This document shows positions 19,528-29,803 of a DNA stretch of 64,000 nucleotides, one piece after another. Source of the stretch: an uncultured archaeon (GTDB lineage: Archaea > Thermoproteota > Bathyarchaeia > Bathyarchaeales > Bathycorpusculaceae); contig CAWALK010000019.1 of NCBI GenBank assembly GCA_963782915.1, positions 118,460 through 182,459 on the forward strand, written 5' to 3'. The notes beneath the pieces are model-generated. The model did no database searches. It was not told the origin of the DNA and saw only the letters and a list, made by a program, of their open reading frames with translations. The translations under genes and the position numbers were made by a program. Within the stretch, counting starts at the first letter, position 1. Each line of letters opens with the position of its first letter.

Positions 19528-20661
19528 TCAGAATTTAAATTTTTTGAAAGTGAGGAATAAGGTGGATAGGGTGCCTAAAACTAGGCCGCTTAAGCCAATG
19601 TTTGCTGCTGAGTTATCGGCAAATGAGCTTGCACTTGGTGATACTGATGGTTCTGGCCCAACGTATTGTGTTGCAGCTACAGCGCCGCCGCAGTACCACA
19701 CGACTGGTTGATCAGCTGTGATTCCGCCGCCGATTGAAACGTGATCTATGCCTGCGTTTGCATTGTTTGTTAAGCCTGTAGCACTGAGTGTTTCAACGTT
19801 GTCTAAGTAGAAGTGTACTTCGCCGTCGCCTCCGCCTTGTATTGCTTTTATTTCGACGAGATACCATTTGTCCGCTGAAACCGTAGAAGACGATGTTAAG
19901 TTGTATGATGCGCTATTGTTTGCGAATCCGAAGTTCCAGTAGCAAGCGCCGTTTTGGTGAACCACACTTAAACCGCAGACTGAGTTAGCTGCGTTATAGT
20001 TGGCTTCGATCATTGAATTGTATATGCCTCCTGCGCCGATTATATTGCCGTCAGTAGTTGGTAGATTGTCGAAGTAGACGTACCATCGCCAGTAGATTGA
20101 GGTGTAGTTTTTGTCAAGCCACTTGTAGAGGTAACCCCAGTTTCCGTTTGAAGCGGTGTCTGTTGAGCATTGTAGCAGTGAAGAGTTGGTTACTTTTAAT
20201 TCTACGTCGCTTGCGTCTGTGTGTGTCCATGCGCTCATGTCTCCTGATTGGAATTTGTCGCTAAATAGGACTGATGTGTTTGGGTCGGGGGATGGCATTG
20301 GGCTGGGTGTTGGGATTGGGGTGGTTGTTGGTGTTGGAGTGGCGGTTGGGTCAGGTGTCGGAGTTGGTGTGGCTGTGGGGGTTGGTGTTGGTGTTTCGGT
20401 TGGTTGCGGAGTTGCTGTTGGAGCAACTGTGGGAGCTGGTGTGGTTTTTGGGGTGGGTTTAGGTGTTGCCGTTGGGGTTGCGGTTGGTTCAGTGGATGGT
20501 GTGGAAGTTGGAGTCGAGGTTGGAGTAGGCGTTGGGTCTGGGTTTGTGTTATTGTTTGTTGATAGTAAACCCATGTTTGATATGACTGCGGCTAAACCGA
20601 TTGCAACGAATAAAATAACTATGATGCCGATAGCTAGAATAGATTTCTTTTTTTGTGCCAT
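19528..20661 (-). CDS. Membrane-anchored Pro/Thr-linker protein with probable ConA-like/polysaccharide-lyase-like domain
   Basis: N-terminal TM, long PT tract, [31 protein letters not shown]. Confidence 0.75.
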   Translation of the reverse strand: MAQKKKSILAIGIIVILFVAIGLAAVISNMGLLSTNNNTNPDPTPTPTSTPTSTPSTEPTATPTATPKPTPKTTPAPTVAPTATPQPTETPTPTPTATPTPTPDPTATPTPTTTPIPTPSPMPSPDPNTSVLFSDKFQSGDMSAWTHTDASDVELKVTNSSLLQCSTDTASNGNWGYLYKWLDKNYTSIYWRWYVYFDNLPTTDGNIIGAGGIYNSMIEANYNAANSVCGLSVVHQNGACYWNFGFANNSASYNLTSSSTVSADKWYLVEIKAIQGGGDGEVHFYLDNVETLSATGLTNNANAGIDHVSIGGGITADQPVVWYCGGAVAATQYVGPEPSVSPSASSFADNSAANIGLSGLVLGTLSTLFLTFKKFKF

Positions 20662-20829
20662 TTTTTTTTATCTTCCTAAAAAATAGATTAAAAGATAAGG
20701 TTAGCAAGCCTTTCTTTTCTAGAAAAATATTGGCAATCGCTCACTTATTATACTATGTGACAGGCGCATGCCACCAGCAAACGCCCAGTTCACCCAAACT
20801 TTTCAGCGCAAACAGGGCAATTGCTAGCG

Positions 20830-21486
20830 TTAAGTTGCTTCTTTATGGTCTTTTTCTGAGAAGCTAAAGCTTCCGTCCTTGGGATAATACACTATGCCTG
20901 GGCAAACCTGCACCTGCGGAAACTCTTTGTATTTACCCTTGTACTGCGCAACCGTGCCCTCAATCTCTTTCTCCGCTTTCGATAGTTCCTCGTCGCTGCA
21001 TGTTAGCTTCAATTCACCCAGCAACCCATCCTTAGAATGAGTACCAATCATCTTGCGACGAAGTGCCCCGCCAGCCATCTTGCGGTAACTATAGCCTTCA
21101 TAGAGGTAAGGGTCATCTGCAAAGCCCATGGGTCGGAGGGCTTCTGCGACTGCACTTGGAAGTACCTCCCAATCTGGGTAAGACAGGAACTCGTAGGGTT
21201 CGGGTACATCGCCTTTTCGTTTAGGTTTGGGAGTTCGCCAAACCCAAGGTTTATGATCAGGAAGTCCACCCGGTCCTAAGGTGGATTGTTCGGTTTCTGG
21301 CTCTGCAGAAGATTTTACCATACCCGCCTGCGGCTCAAATACATCACCCGACCGCAGGAGAAAACGCAGTGCGCCTTGATCAGGGACATTTGCGGATTCA
21401 ACCATGCCTAAACCGTTTGCCTTTTGCTCTTTCTGAATCCACTTTAATGTTTCTTTTGCCCGTTCAGAGATTGGTTTTTCTGACAT
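20830..21486 (-). CDS. Hypothetical protein with N-terminal winged-helix-like segment
   Basis: LRFLLRSGDVFEPQAGMVK resembles the MCM C-terminal wH signature L..xG.IFEP+.G.I+. Confidence 0.6.
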   Translation of the reverse strand: MSEKPISERAKETLKWIQKEQKANGLGMVESANVPDQGALRFLLRSGDVFEPQAGMVKSSAEPETEQSTLGPGGLPDHKPWVWRTPKPKRKGDVPEPYEFLSYPDWEVLPSAVAEALRPMGFADDPYLYEGYSYRKMAGGALRRKMIGTHSKDGLLGELKLTCSDEELSKAEKEIEGTVAQYKGKYKEFPQVQVCPGIVYYPKDGSFSFSEKDHKEAT

Positions 21487-21541
21487 TTGGTTGCCCCGCG
21501 TGCTTTCTTTGCTATGTTGAGTCTTTTGTGGATTTGATTAT

Positions 21542-22660
21542 CTAAAAGTTTCCTTTACTAGAAGGCAAGGTAGGGGCTGCTTCTTTGTTTTTTCTAAGAT
21601 ATAGCACTAAAATCACAACGGCTACTACTATGATAAAGATTAGAGTTGCAAGTGGTGCCAAGGCGCTTAAAAGTAAGGGCAAAAGCAGAAAATCTAAGGG
21701 GTCAAAATTCAGAGGGTACGCATAATTATACGCTCCCACGACTGCGCCATCGTTCGCCCATACCCAGACTCCGACGCCCTGCAGTCCAGGCGTAGGCATG
21801 TTACTTATGTTGAATTGGATGTTCCAGAGTGGATAGAGCGTATTATTTTCTTTAACGGTGGTCTGCAATGCGGTTTGGTATACGCCTGTAACGTTTAGGT
21901 TTGAGACCCTTACGGTTGTTCCGTTACCGAAGGTGGTGTTGAATGAGTAGTTTTTTAGGTATTTTTCGGCGATGCCTATGGCTTGCTCCTTGGAGACGTT
22001 AATGTTGACGTCTCCGATTTTTTGGGATTGCCGATTGTCATTGAAATTAAAGTTCTCTATTTTGTTACCATATGAAATGGTTATGCCGGTGTATTGGGCT
22101 CCGTTGAAAGTGTTGAGGAAACTGTAGGTTGTTATGATGTCGGTGGATTGAATTGTTAATGTCAAATTGTCTGAGGCTTCGGTGGCGTTTTTTTCTGAGC
22201 CTACCTTCTCCAGCAGCGTTATCATTTCTTGGACTTGAGGGTCATTTGTGTAACTCTGGTATCGCTCCATAAAACCCAAAGTTGCATTGAACTGGTTTGT
22301 GCCGGGCGCTGCATAAGGTAAACCGGCTGATCCGGGTGATAGACTGCAATACCGTACGCTGTTATTGTAGAAGTTGAAGCCTGCGATGATGTGGTATATT
22401 GAGTCAGAGAATGATGCGTTTTTAGCATCAAGGTTCAAACTTATGTGGTTCCCTGAAGTGTACTGTTGATTTACACTTACTGCATAGGTTGTTAAATCCA
22501 GTTGAACAACATCGGTAAGAAAAGCTAAAGCCTTATCCTTTAAAGAAGATTCTACCGCCTGAGCCTTCGAGGTTTGCATAAAAACCGGAGCAGATAATAG
22601 AAGAACCAACAAGATAACGGATAGTTGTTTGTATCGGCACATATTTACTGTATTTTTCAT
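21542..22660 (-). CDS. Secreted/membrane-anchored hypothetical protein
   Basis: Signal peptide, PepSY-like VSKEQAIGIAEKYL...LYPLWNI...VWANDG, C-terminal TM. Confidence 0.8.
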   Translation of the reverse strand: MKNTVNMCRYKQLSVILLVLLLSAPVFMQTSKAQAVESSLKDKALAFLTDVVQLDLTTYAVSVNQQYTSGNHISLNLDAKNASFSDSIYHIIAGFNFYNNSVRYCSLSPGSAGLPYAAPGTNQFNATLGFMERYQSYTNDPQVQEMITLLEKVGSEKNATEASDNLTLTIQSTDIITTYSFLNTFNGAQYTGITISYGNKIENFNFNDNRQSQKIGDVNINVSKEQAIGIAEKYLKNYSFNTTFGNGTTVRVSNLNVTGVYQTALQTTVKENNTLYPLWNIQFNISNMPTPGLQGVGVWVWANDGAVVGAYNYAYPLNFDPLDFLLLPLLLSALAPLATLIFIIVVAVVILVLYLRKNKEAAPTLPSSKGNF

Positions 22661-22759
22661 TCCAACCCTGCCCGGACTTCTGTTATGCCTGCAAGAAGGA
22701 TTTAAGATTTAAGATTATAGCTAGCAACCCCTCTAATACGCCGATTAAAAAACAAGCCA

Positions 22760-23365
22760 TTATAGTCCGTTTATGTTTGAGTCTTTAAGGTTAAATTCTA
22801 TGGTATAGGTTTGATTTTCGAAAGCGGTAGTATAGACAATTCTTAGGGGCCACTGAAGATCTTTGTCTATATAGTAGGTGGCGTTTATTGCTTCGTTAGT
22901 GTAATCGTAGGCTATGCAGTCTCGATCTCCAATGCTTTTGACATTTATTGTCGTGTTGTAGGTTTTTGCTAGGGTTTCGCCTTTGGGTTGAAAGTTTATG
23001 TTTGTTTTGTTAACCCAATAGGTGGTTTGGTCGGTTAATGTTGGCGCGAAGGATGTTGCGATTGTTGAGTCGGTCTGGATTTGTATGTGGGTGGCGTTTA
23101 AGTCAGTAACTTGTATTTTTGCATCAATGCTGCAAGGTATAGAAAGAGATTCTATTTGGCCTTCGTATGTGGCATAGGCGCCTTTAAACATCCAAGACTC
23201 AGGCATGCTTTGCTGATTACCCTCAATAGGTCGGTATCCATATATCAGAACCAATAATGCAATAACTAGAACGATTGTGCACCCAACAATAATCCGGCTT
23301 TTTCCCATACTAAGCATGGATTGAATTGTGTTAAAAGAGTTTTCGCGTTTTTGACTGTTCTTCAT
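22760..23365 (-). CDS. Membrane-anchored hypothetical protein
   Basis: N-terminal TM, PESWMFKGAYATYEG, YYIDKDLQWPL. Confidence 0.75.
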   Translation of the reverse strand: MKNSQKRENSFNTIQSMLSMGKSRIIVGCTIVLVIALLVLIYGYRPIEGNQQSMPESWMFKGAYATYEGQIESLSIPCSIDAKIQVTDLNATHIQIQTDSTIATSFAPTLTDQTTYWVNKTNINFQPKGETLAKTYNTTINVKSIGDRDCIAYDYTNEAINATYYIDKDLQWPLRIVYTTAFENQTYTIEFNLKDSNINGL

Positions 23366-23562
23366 CCAAGTTTTATTTGAGCAAAAACGCCTTACATGTC
23401 AATCTGTTATGTTAATCGCTTAAACAAATACAAGTAACAAGAGAAAAAGCATTACCCTTGTTACTACACGAAGAGTTCACAACCCTTTTTATTTTCGCAT
23501 CTTCTGTTAACCTCTGCCAGCATTCCAAGTGTTCATATACAACCACCCCAAGGGGCGAAATC

Positions 23563-24279
23563 ATGGTTGGAAAAATACTTGTAGATTTACTCCTTCTAAC
23601 AATCGTGGTTTCATTGACTCTTCCAACAGTTCAGGACTTTTCCAATTTCGTTAACGATGCTTCAAAACAAATACAAACATTCACAAACGGAGTCTACAAT
23701 TGGGCAAACGATGTCTATAATGAAATAGCTAAAAAAACACCGATAACCCCTACGCCGCATCCAACACCTACTCCAACAATAAAACCTACCCCAACTCCTA
23801 CGGTAAAACCAACTCCCAAACCGACCTTTTCCCCAACACCCACTCCAACAATTAATCCAAGCCCTTCTACCATACCGGCTATTCCACCTGACGTCGTTGC
23901 AACGGGCACTCCTACACCGACGTCAAAACCCCCAGCGTCTCCTACTCCAAATTCCTCACCAACCCCAACCCCAATTACAGAACCACAAATCACTCCAACC
24001 GTACCCACACCATCGCCAACAGAGACAACAACGCCAACTCAAACACCAACCCAACAAACAACTCCCAAACCCCCAACCAATACCCCTAACCCATCGATTT
24101 CTAACCCAACACCAAATGAAACTCAACCCCCACTGCCTAACAGAGGAATAACTGACTTGCAGACAGCGCTAGTAATTGCTGTAACTATGATTATTGGCGT
24201 AACAATAGCACTTACTTTTTTCCTAAAGAGTCGTCAAAAAACAGAGGACCCGTCAATTCCTGATGGTATTGAAGTTTAG
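23563..24279 (+). CDS. Pro/Thr-rich membrane-anchored surface protein
   Basis: ATG 23563 after GGGGCG; signal peptide, ~140-aa PT tract, C-terminal TM. Confidence 0.75.
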   Translation: MVGKILVDLLLLTIVVSLTLPTVQDFSNFVNDASKQIQTFTNGVYNWANDVYNEIAKKTPITPTPHPTPTPTIKPTPTPTVKPTPKPTFSPTPTPTINPSPSTIPAIPPDVVATGTPTPTSKPPASPTPNSSPTPTPITEPQITPTVPTPSPTETTTPTQTPTQQTTPKPPTNTPNPSISNPTPNETQPPLPNRGITDLQTALVIAVTMIIGVTIALTFFLKSRQKTEDPSIPDGIEV

Positions 24280-24519
24280 AATTGGTTGAAAAGAAAAATC
24301 AGGGACAAAATGTTACGGTTATGCATTGTGGGTGTATACGGGAGCGTTTTTAGACAGATTCCAAGCGGTTCGATGGGCTTAGGAGGCAAAGAACCTGTGG
24401 TTTTAGTAAAAATGCTAAATTGCTATGGAAATACCTAATTAAAATGCAATAAACTCTAGCTCCTATTTGGTGTATTTATCGGTAAGTATTTATAGTTGTA
24501 TCTACCCAAGAATTACCTT

Positions 24520-24641
24520 ATGGTAGATGCCTAAGAACAAGGGCAATGAGGGATAAACTTGGCGTAACTGACTCTTCTTAGAGTCACTTTAGCTTTTTAT
24601 CTCCGACCTGCGAAGTCTTGCCCCCTCTTAGGCTTCTATCG
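24520..24641 (+). ncRNA. Candidate rod-like structured ncRNA
   Basis: TTTATA at 24489-24494; nested stems GGTAGA/TCTATC, GCCTAAGA/TCTTAGGC, GGGCAA/TTGCCC, GGGATAAA/TTTATCTC, TGACTCT/AGAGTCA; pyrimidine tail. Confidence 0.6.
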
Positions 24642-24856
24642 CTTTAGCCCTTCTTCCGCCATTTAGCTATTTAAGAATTATTAACATGAACATGATTAGT
24701 GCTCTTGGGCGTGGCGTTGCTGACAAAAAAGCATTGCCAATCGAAAATGATAGGAAAAAGGCAATAAAAGTGACTAAAGGATAGAACTAATTATCGCAGT
24801 ATTTCCCAAAATAATTATTAAAAAACCTTGAAAATATCCCGATCATATTAAGTTTG

Positions 24857-25622
24857 TCAACTTGTCTTTTCAATCTCTAAAGTAGCAACGTACTCCATAT
24901 TTTTCGGTGGACTTTTGAGGTTTGAACGGTCAAAGACGAACTTGGTCTTTAAACCCTTTCGTTTCTGCTGCAAGATGAAGATGGCAAAGAGCAATGCCCA
25001 TATTGACTGGATAGTAACTTCCGCCCAACATAGTTCTAAGAAAGCCAGATTTAGCGGAGTAGGCATGAATTTCATTCCGGTTGCCTGTAAAGTACCAGTT
25101 CTGTACGTTAACGGCAGATGGAGCAAGACGAACTGGCTCTAACAATTCGTCGGCACCGTCAATGTCTGTTATATCCGAAAGGGATTGTCTTTTGAACTCG
25201 GTAGCGGCGGTTCTGTATAATGTTTCCTTGGCCTTCCCGAACGACATTAGAATTACAAATTCTAGGTTCGAAGATTCTGTTACTTCTTTGGTTGGTTGTG
25301 GAATGCCCAGCCAACAGCTGCCCAATCCAATGGCTGAAAAGTAGAGATCCATTTGTTGAAGCATATACCCAATGTTAACTTTGTAGAATTCTTTGGCTTC
25401 TGCGAAAGCTGCAATGTAATGGGGTGCATTGATTCTGAGTTTTCTTGTTACCTGATTTGGCGAAAGAATCTTGAACTCTGTCTTGATTCCAGTTAACATC
25501 GGATTTAATGAGTTTAGGTTTTCTGAAATCTGTTTTAGGAGGTTTTGATCGATTGTAGCTGAATCATAATTTCTGATTGACTTTCGTTTAAAAATAGCTT
25601 CATAAAGATTATCCCCTTTCAT
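24857..25622 (-). CDS. Nitroreductase family protein (C-terminal frameshift near 24955)
   Basis: IFKRKSIRNY, GLGSCWLG, LAPSAVNVQNWYF; the tail KTKFVFD...LEIEKTS lies in the adjacent frame. Confidence 0.88.
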
Positions 25623-25732
25623 TTTCTTACTCTCAAATAATTGTCAAGTTAGCAATGGTAAAAGCTTTGCCTATCTGACGGCGCCGAAAATTCCCTTATA
25701 ATTACAGCCCAATTCACCATAGGCAAAAAAGT

Positions 25733-25752
25733 TAAGTCGCCTAAAAAGAAAT
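25733..25752 (+). repeat. Dispersed core motif A
   Basis: TAAGTCGCCTAAAAAGAAAT, 18/20 to 2614-2633. Confidence 0.55.
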
Positions 25753-25771
25753 TTAGTTAATAGTGATAATT

Positions 25772-26176
25772 ATGGCAAAGAGCAATTTGGCGAAAGATAG
25801 ATCCCCCTCAGAGCTAATTGATGCGAGAATCAAAGAATTGGGCGACTGGCGTGGAGAGACGTTAGCAAAAGTGCGCCAGTTCATCAAGGAGGCGGACCCG
25901 GAGGTAGTTGAAGAATGGAAGTGGGTAAAACCAACCAATCCCGGGACTCCAGTTTGGTCCCATAACGGCGGCATCTGTACAGGAGAGACCTACAAAAGTG
26001 CGGTTAAGTTCACTTTCTTCAAAGGTGCTTCACTGGCGGATCCTTCTCATCTGTTTGATCAGCCTGGGACCGTCAGACGCGCAATTGACATACATGAAGG
26101 GGACAAGATTGACGAGGCCGCTTTTAAGAACCTCATTCGTGCCGCTGTGGAATTAAACACTCACAAGACTCCATAG
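25772..26176 (+). CDS. DUF1801 domain protein
   Basis: LGDWRGETLAKVR...EEWKW...PVWSHNGGICTGETYK...FFKGASLADP. Confidence 0.9.
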   Translation: MAKSNLAKDRSPSELIDARIKELGDWRGETLAKVRQFIKEADPEVVEEWKWVKPTNPGTPVWSHNGGICTGETYKSAVKFTFFKGASLADPSHLFDQPGTVRRAIDIHEGDKIDEAAFKNLIRAAVELNTHKTP

Positions 26177-26347
26177 CGCTAAACCCGTTACTATTCTCAA
26201 TTTTCTCAGGGTTTTCTAAAGATCGTTTTGACTTTAAGACCGCGCTATTAGTCATTTGTTGAGACTATTCAGAGTGGGATAGAGATAAAATCACACACGC
26301 GATGGCTCAAGATATAAGGTTGAACGCACAAGGAGAACAAGAAAACC

Positions 26348-27340
26348 ATGCCCAACCCATCCGCGCAAACCATCTGGAACCTGAACGCACCCCAACTTAT
26401 GGCGCTGCTTGATTCAGGCAGCCTCAAACCGCTTAGCAGCACAATCCGCTTCTATGCGCCAAGCTTTAGCTACTACAAAACCAAACATTTCTGTTCTTCA
26501 ACCAAAGCGTTCCCGACAATCTCAGTCACGGGCAACAGTTGCGCTTTGAACTGCAAACATTGCGGCGGAAAAGTCCTTGAAACCATGCATCCTGCGCTCT
26601 CTCCATCAGAATTGTTCGATTTAGGCTCAAAACTCAAAGATGAAGGCGCAAAAGGAGTGCTAGTAAGCGGCGGATGCACCCCTGATGGTTCCGTGCCAAT
26701 CGAGGGGTTCTTGCCTGTTTTGGCTCAGTTCAAGCGTGAACTCGGCTTGACCGTTTTTATCCATACGGGAATAATAGGCAAGAAAGTCGCTGTTGGGCTC
26801 AAGGAAGCGGGGGTTGATGCGGCTTTGATTGATGTTATCGGTTCAGAAGCGACTTTGCATAGAACCCTTAACCTTAACGTCGGCGTGGAAGATTATGGCA
26901 AATCACTGCAAGCATTAAGCGCAGCTAAACTCAACGTTGTCCCCCATGTCATCGTGGGATTAAACGATGGCAAACTCGACGGCGAACTCCAAGCCCTCCA
27001 AACCATCGCCGACATATCCGCACCCTCTGCACTTGTGATCATCGCCTTCATGCCCATTCACGGAACAGAAATGGAAAACATCCCACCGCCCAAACCCATA
27101 GACATCGCAAAAGTAGCCGCGACCGCACGAACCATGTTCCCCAATGTCCCGCTGCTGCTTGGGTGCATGCGGCCAAAAGGAAAAAACCGCAGCCAAACCG
27201 ACGTTTATGCGCTAAAAGCGGGTGTGGACGGCATAGCTTTTCCAAGCGATGAGGCGGTTGAATATGCCAAAAACAAGGGGTACCAAACGGCTTATTCCTC
27301 CTATTGCTGTGCCCAGATGTGCCTTGATTTTATCGAGTAA
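26348..27340 (+). CDS. lipS1: Radical SAM protein, LipS1-type archaeal lipoyl synthase subunit
   Basis: CALNCKHC, LGCMRP (GC[M/A]R) and C-terminal YCC motifs characteristic of LipS1. Confidence 0.7.
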   Translation: MPNPSAQTIWNLNAPQLMALLDSGSLKPLSSTIRFYAPSFSYYKTKHFCSSTKAFPTISVTGNSCALNCKHCGGKVLETMHPALSPSELFDLGSKLKDEGAKGVLVSGGCTPDGSVPIEGFLPVLAQFKRELGLTVFIHTGIIGKKVAVGLKEAGVDAALIDVIGSEATLHRTLNLNVGVEDYGKSLQALSAAKLNVVPHVIVGLNDGKLDGELQALQTIADISAPSALVIIAFMPIHGTEMENIPPPKPIDIAKVAATARTMFPNVPLLLGCMRPKGKNRSQTDVYALKAGVDGIAFPSDEAVEYAKNKGYQTAYSSYCCAQMCLDFIE

Positions 27341-27356
27341 ACATTTCAACCGAAGA

Positions 27357-27956
27357 TTAAGCGTTTTTTGTCTTGAGCATTTTTGTGGCAAGCACAATTG
27401 CCCAAACAGAAACAGCCAAATCAGACACGGTTTCAGGAATGGCCACATCAGGCACATAGTAGAGCGTGAATTCCAGTATCCACGGCAAAGCCGCTACCAC
27501 ACCGATTGCAACCGTGAAAGCTGCCAAACCATGTTGACTTTTGAGATAGAACGCGCATGTTAAGATGAAAAGGGCAATTGGCCCCAAAGTAAAGAATGCG
27601 ACTGAAACCAAATAGTGGGTGGGTGAATAGTTTTCGTTGAAGATGGCGATGCAGACAAGAGCTATGGTTGCGGCGCCAAAGACTGCGGAGCCCAACTTGC
27701 CAACACAACTTTCACTGAAAAGACAGCGCAAGCCGGCGATTGCAAATATTAGCCCCAAAAACCCCGCTGTGAAGAGCCCAAAATTGAAGATTAAGCGTGT
27801 AGCTCCTGGAACAATGCCGAGGTCACTTAAGGCGTTGTTAGCCCAGCTAAACTCATTGTATGAAGCGATGGCTGAGAAGATGCAGATGAATGCAACGATT
27901 GGCGCTAAAAATCCGGCGGCTGCTCCAATCCGCAATAAAGTCGGCATAGTTACCAT
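27357..27956 (-). CDS. DUF998 membrane protein
   Basis: FSWANNALSDLG, FNFGL, H...S.AFF, VAIPE. Confidence 0.85.
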   Translation of the reverse strand: MVTMPTLLRIGAAAGFLAPIVAFICIFSAIASYNEFSWANNALSDLGIVPGATRLIFNFGLFTAGFLGLIFAIAGLRCLFSESCVGKLGSAVFGAATIALVCIAIFNENYSPTHYLVSVAFFTLGPIALFILTCAFYLKSQHGLAAFTVAIGVVAALPWILEFTLYYVPDVAIPETVSDLAVSVWAIVLATKMLKTKNA

Positions 27957-27979
27957 TAACTGTGAAGTGGCTTGTTGCT

Positions 27980-29122
27980 TTAAGAATTTGTGTTCTCAGG
28001 CACAAACCGCCTGAGATTCTGCAGCGAACGCAACTTTTCTTTTTCGCCAATTCTGGAAGCTTCCACAGTGGATTTCAATATCTGGATTGATTCATCCATG
28101 GCTTTGCGGTTTACAGGGAATGGTACGCCGTCTTTTCCGCCGTAGGCAAAACTGAATTTAACTGGGTCTTCCCAGCTAGGTTCCTCACCATACAATAGTT
28201 CGGCGACGAGTGCCAATCCTCGCACAGTTGCCGGTCCGACGCCTTTGATGCTCAATAGTTCCTCGTAGTTATTGGGTTGGAACTCGTAGATTCTGCTGAG
28301 TGTGTCCCAGTTGATGTTTCTTGACATGTTTAGTGTGGTTTGGGTTTGTGTCCATGGGTTGTCGGTTTTGGGTAGCCATGTTTGGAGGGATGCTTGGTTT
28401 TGGGGTCGGTTGGTAGATTGGATTAGTTGTATGAGTTTTTTGGTAGGTTCTTTTGATAGGTCAACTGAGGCTTTTCTGACTGCTTGACTTTCTTTGGCAA
28501 CCATGTTTAGGGCTTTATCTCGTTTAATATTACATGCAATCGCGTTATGCGGTTCCTCTACAAAGCTCGTGGTGTTAGTGCTCAGCCAATGGTAGCGTCT
28601 TGCACTGCGTTCCACATCACTCATGCCTTGCTGAATAACCGCCCACTTCTTATCCTCTGTAACCAAAAAAGCATGATGGTAGAGTTGGTAGCCGGCTTGG
28701 ATGGCGGTGTTGTCAACTTTTGCGGTTATTCGGCTAGTATAGGTTAGTTTATCGATGGTTTCTTGCGAAAAACCCCATTTCTCACCCACCGCTTGGATGT
28801 CGCTGGGAGTTTTACGGGATGTTTTTCCTTTTCCGCCGCAGACAACAACACCATGCTCAACAGGCGACAGCACCGTCTTAAGCACACCCGTGACCACCGT
28901 GGTTACGCCGCTGCTATGCCAATCATACGCCAACACGCAGCCCAAAGCTTGAAACCAGTACGGATCAGACAGGCGTGCAATGAATTTTGCGGTGCCATAC
29001 TCGTCTATCATTATGTTGGCGATTTCGCGGGCGAGCCCACGCATGCGGCCTGTTAGCCATTGGGGTGCTTTTCCGCCGTGGAGCGGAAGATTTGCGGTGC
29101 CGGTCCGATACATGTTACTCAT
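27980..29122 (-). CDS. DUF763 protein
   Basis: LPLHGGKAPQWL, DWHSSGVTT, KVDNTAIQAGYQLYHH, GGKDGVPFPV. Confidence 0.92.
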   Translation of the reverse strand: MSNMYRTGTANLPLHGGKAPQWLTGRMRGLAREIANIMIDEYGTAKFIARLSDPYWFQALGCVLAYDWHSSGVTTVVTGVLKTVLSPVEHGVVVCGGKGKTSRKTPSDIQAVGEKWGFSQETIDKLTYTSRITAKVDNTAIQAGYQLYHHAFLVTEDKKWAVIQQGMSDVERSARRYHWLSTNTTSFVEEPHNAIACNIKRDKALNMVAKESQAVRKASVDLSKEPTKKLIQLIQSTNRPQNQASLQTWLPKTDNPWTQTQTTLNMSRNINWDTLSRIYEFQPNNYEELLSIKGVGPATVRGLALVAELLYGEEPSWEDPVKFSFAYGGKDGVPFPVNRKAMDESIQILKSTVEASRIGEKEKLRSLQNLRRFVPENTNS

Positions 29123-29383
29123 GGGTGGATGATGATTGTTTGGATTTATGGGTTATTGCATCGGAGCCCTCAATTTTCAGGTGCCTGCGGCTCTCCAACG
29201 GAGATTTCAACCACAAGTTAAAGATTCAAGCGCAGTATAGGCACCTCTGTCACTTGAGTTTTATTAAATATTGGCGATGTTTATTTCAAATCTATATAGG
29301 CTAACCATAATATTCTTCTTTGCAGTCAATTCAGAAGAAATATATTCAGATATTGATTATTTCACTTCTGAAGTTGATTTAAA

Positions 29384-29746
29384 ATGGCAGGTTTCCAAAT
29401 AGTAACCCATAAAGGAAAAAACATCTCAATCGTCGACCTATCAAACACAAAAGTCCCACAACAAATAGACATACTAAAAGACGCTCAAAAAACCATATCA
29501 GCGATGGCACCAAAGAGCGCACTTATACTAACCGATGAGAGCAACGCTGAAGTCAATAAAGAAGCCATGGCTGTAGTCATGAATTTCGCAAAGAATAACA
29601 CACCCTATGTTAGGGCTTCAGCGGCTGTAGGTGCCGAGAAACTCAAAAGCGTAATTTTAACAAACATTTCAACTAGCGTCGGCAGGGAAATCAAGAACTT
29701 TGACAACCGAACTCTAGCAATGGATTGGCTGGTAAACCAGCCCTAA
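29384..29746 (+). CDS. STAS/SEC14-like (SpoIIAA-like) small protein
   Basis: HKGKNISIVDLS...LILTD...TPYVRASAAVG...FDNRTLAMDWL. Confidence 0.7.
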   Translation: MAGFQIVTHKGKNISIVDLSNTKVPQQIDILKDAQKTISAMAPKSALILTDESNAEVNKEAMAVVMNFAKNNTPYVRASAAVGAEKLKSVILTNISTSVGREIKNFDNRTLAMDWLVNQP

Positions 29747-29803
29747 TCAATGTAGCGGAAGGCAACCCATGCATACATCGGCGTGAATTGATGATTTGTT
29801 TAA

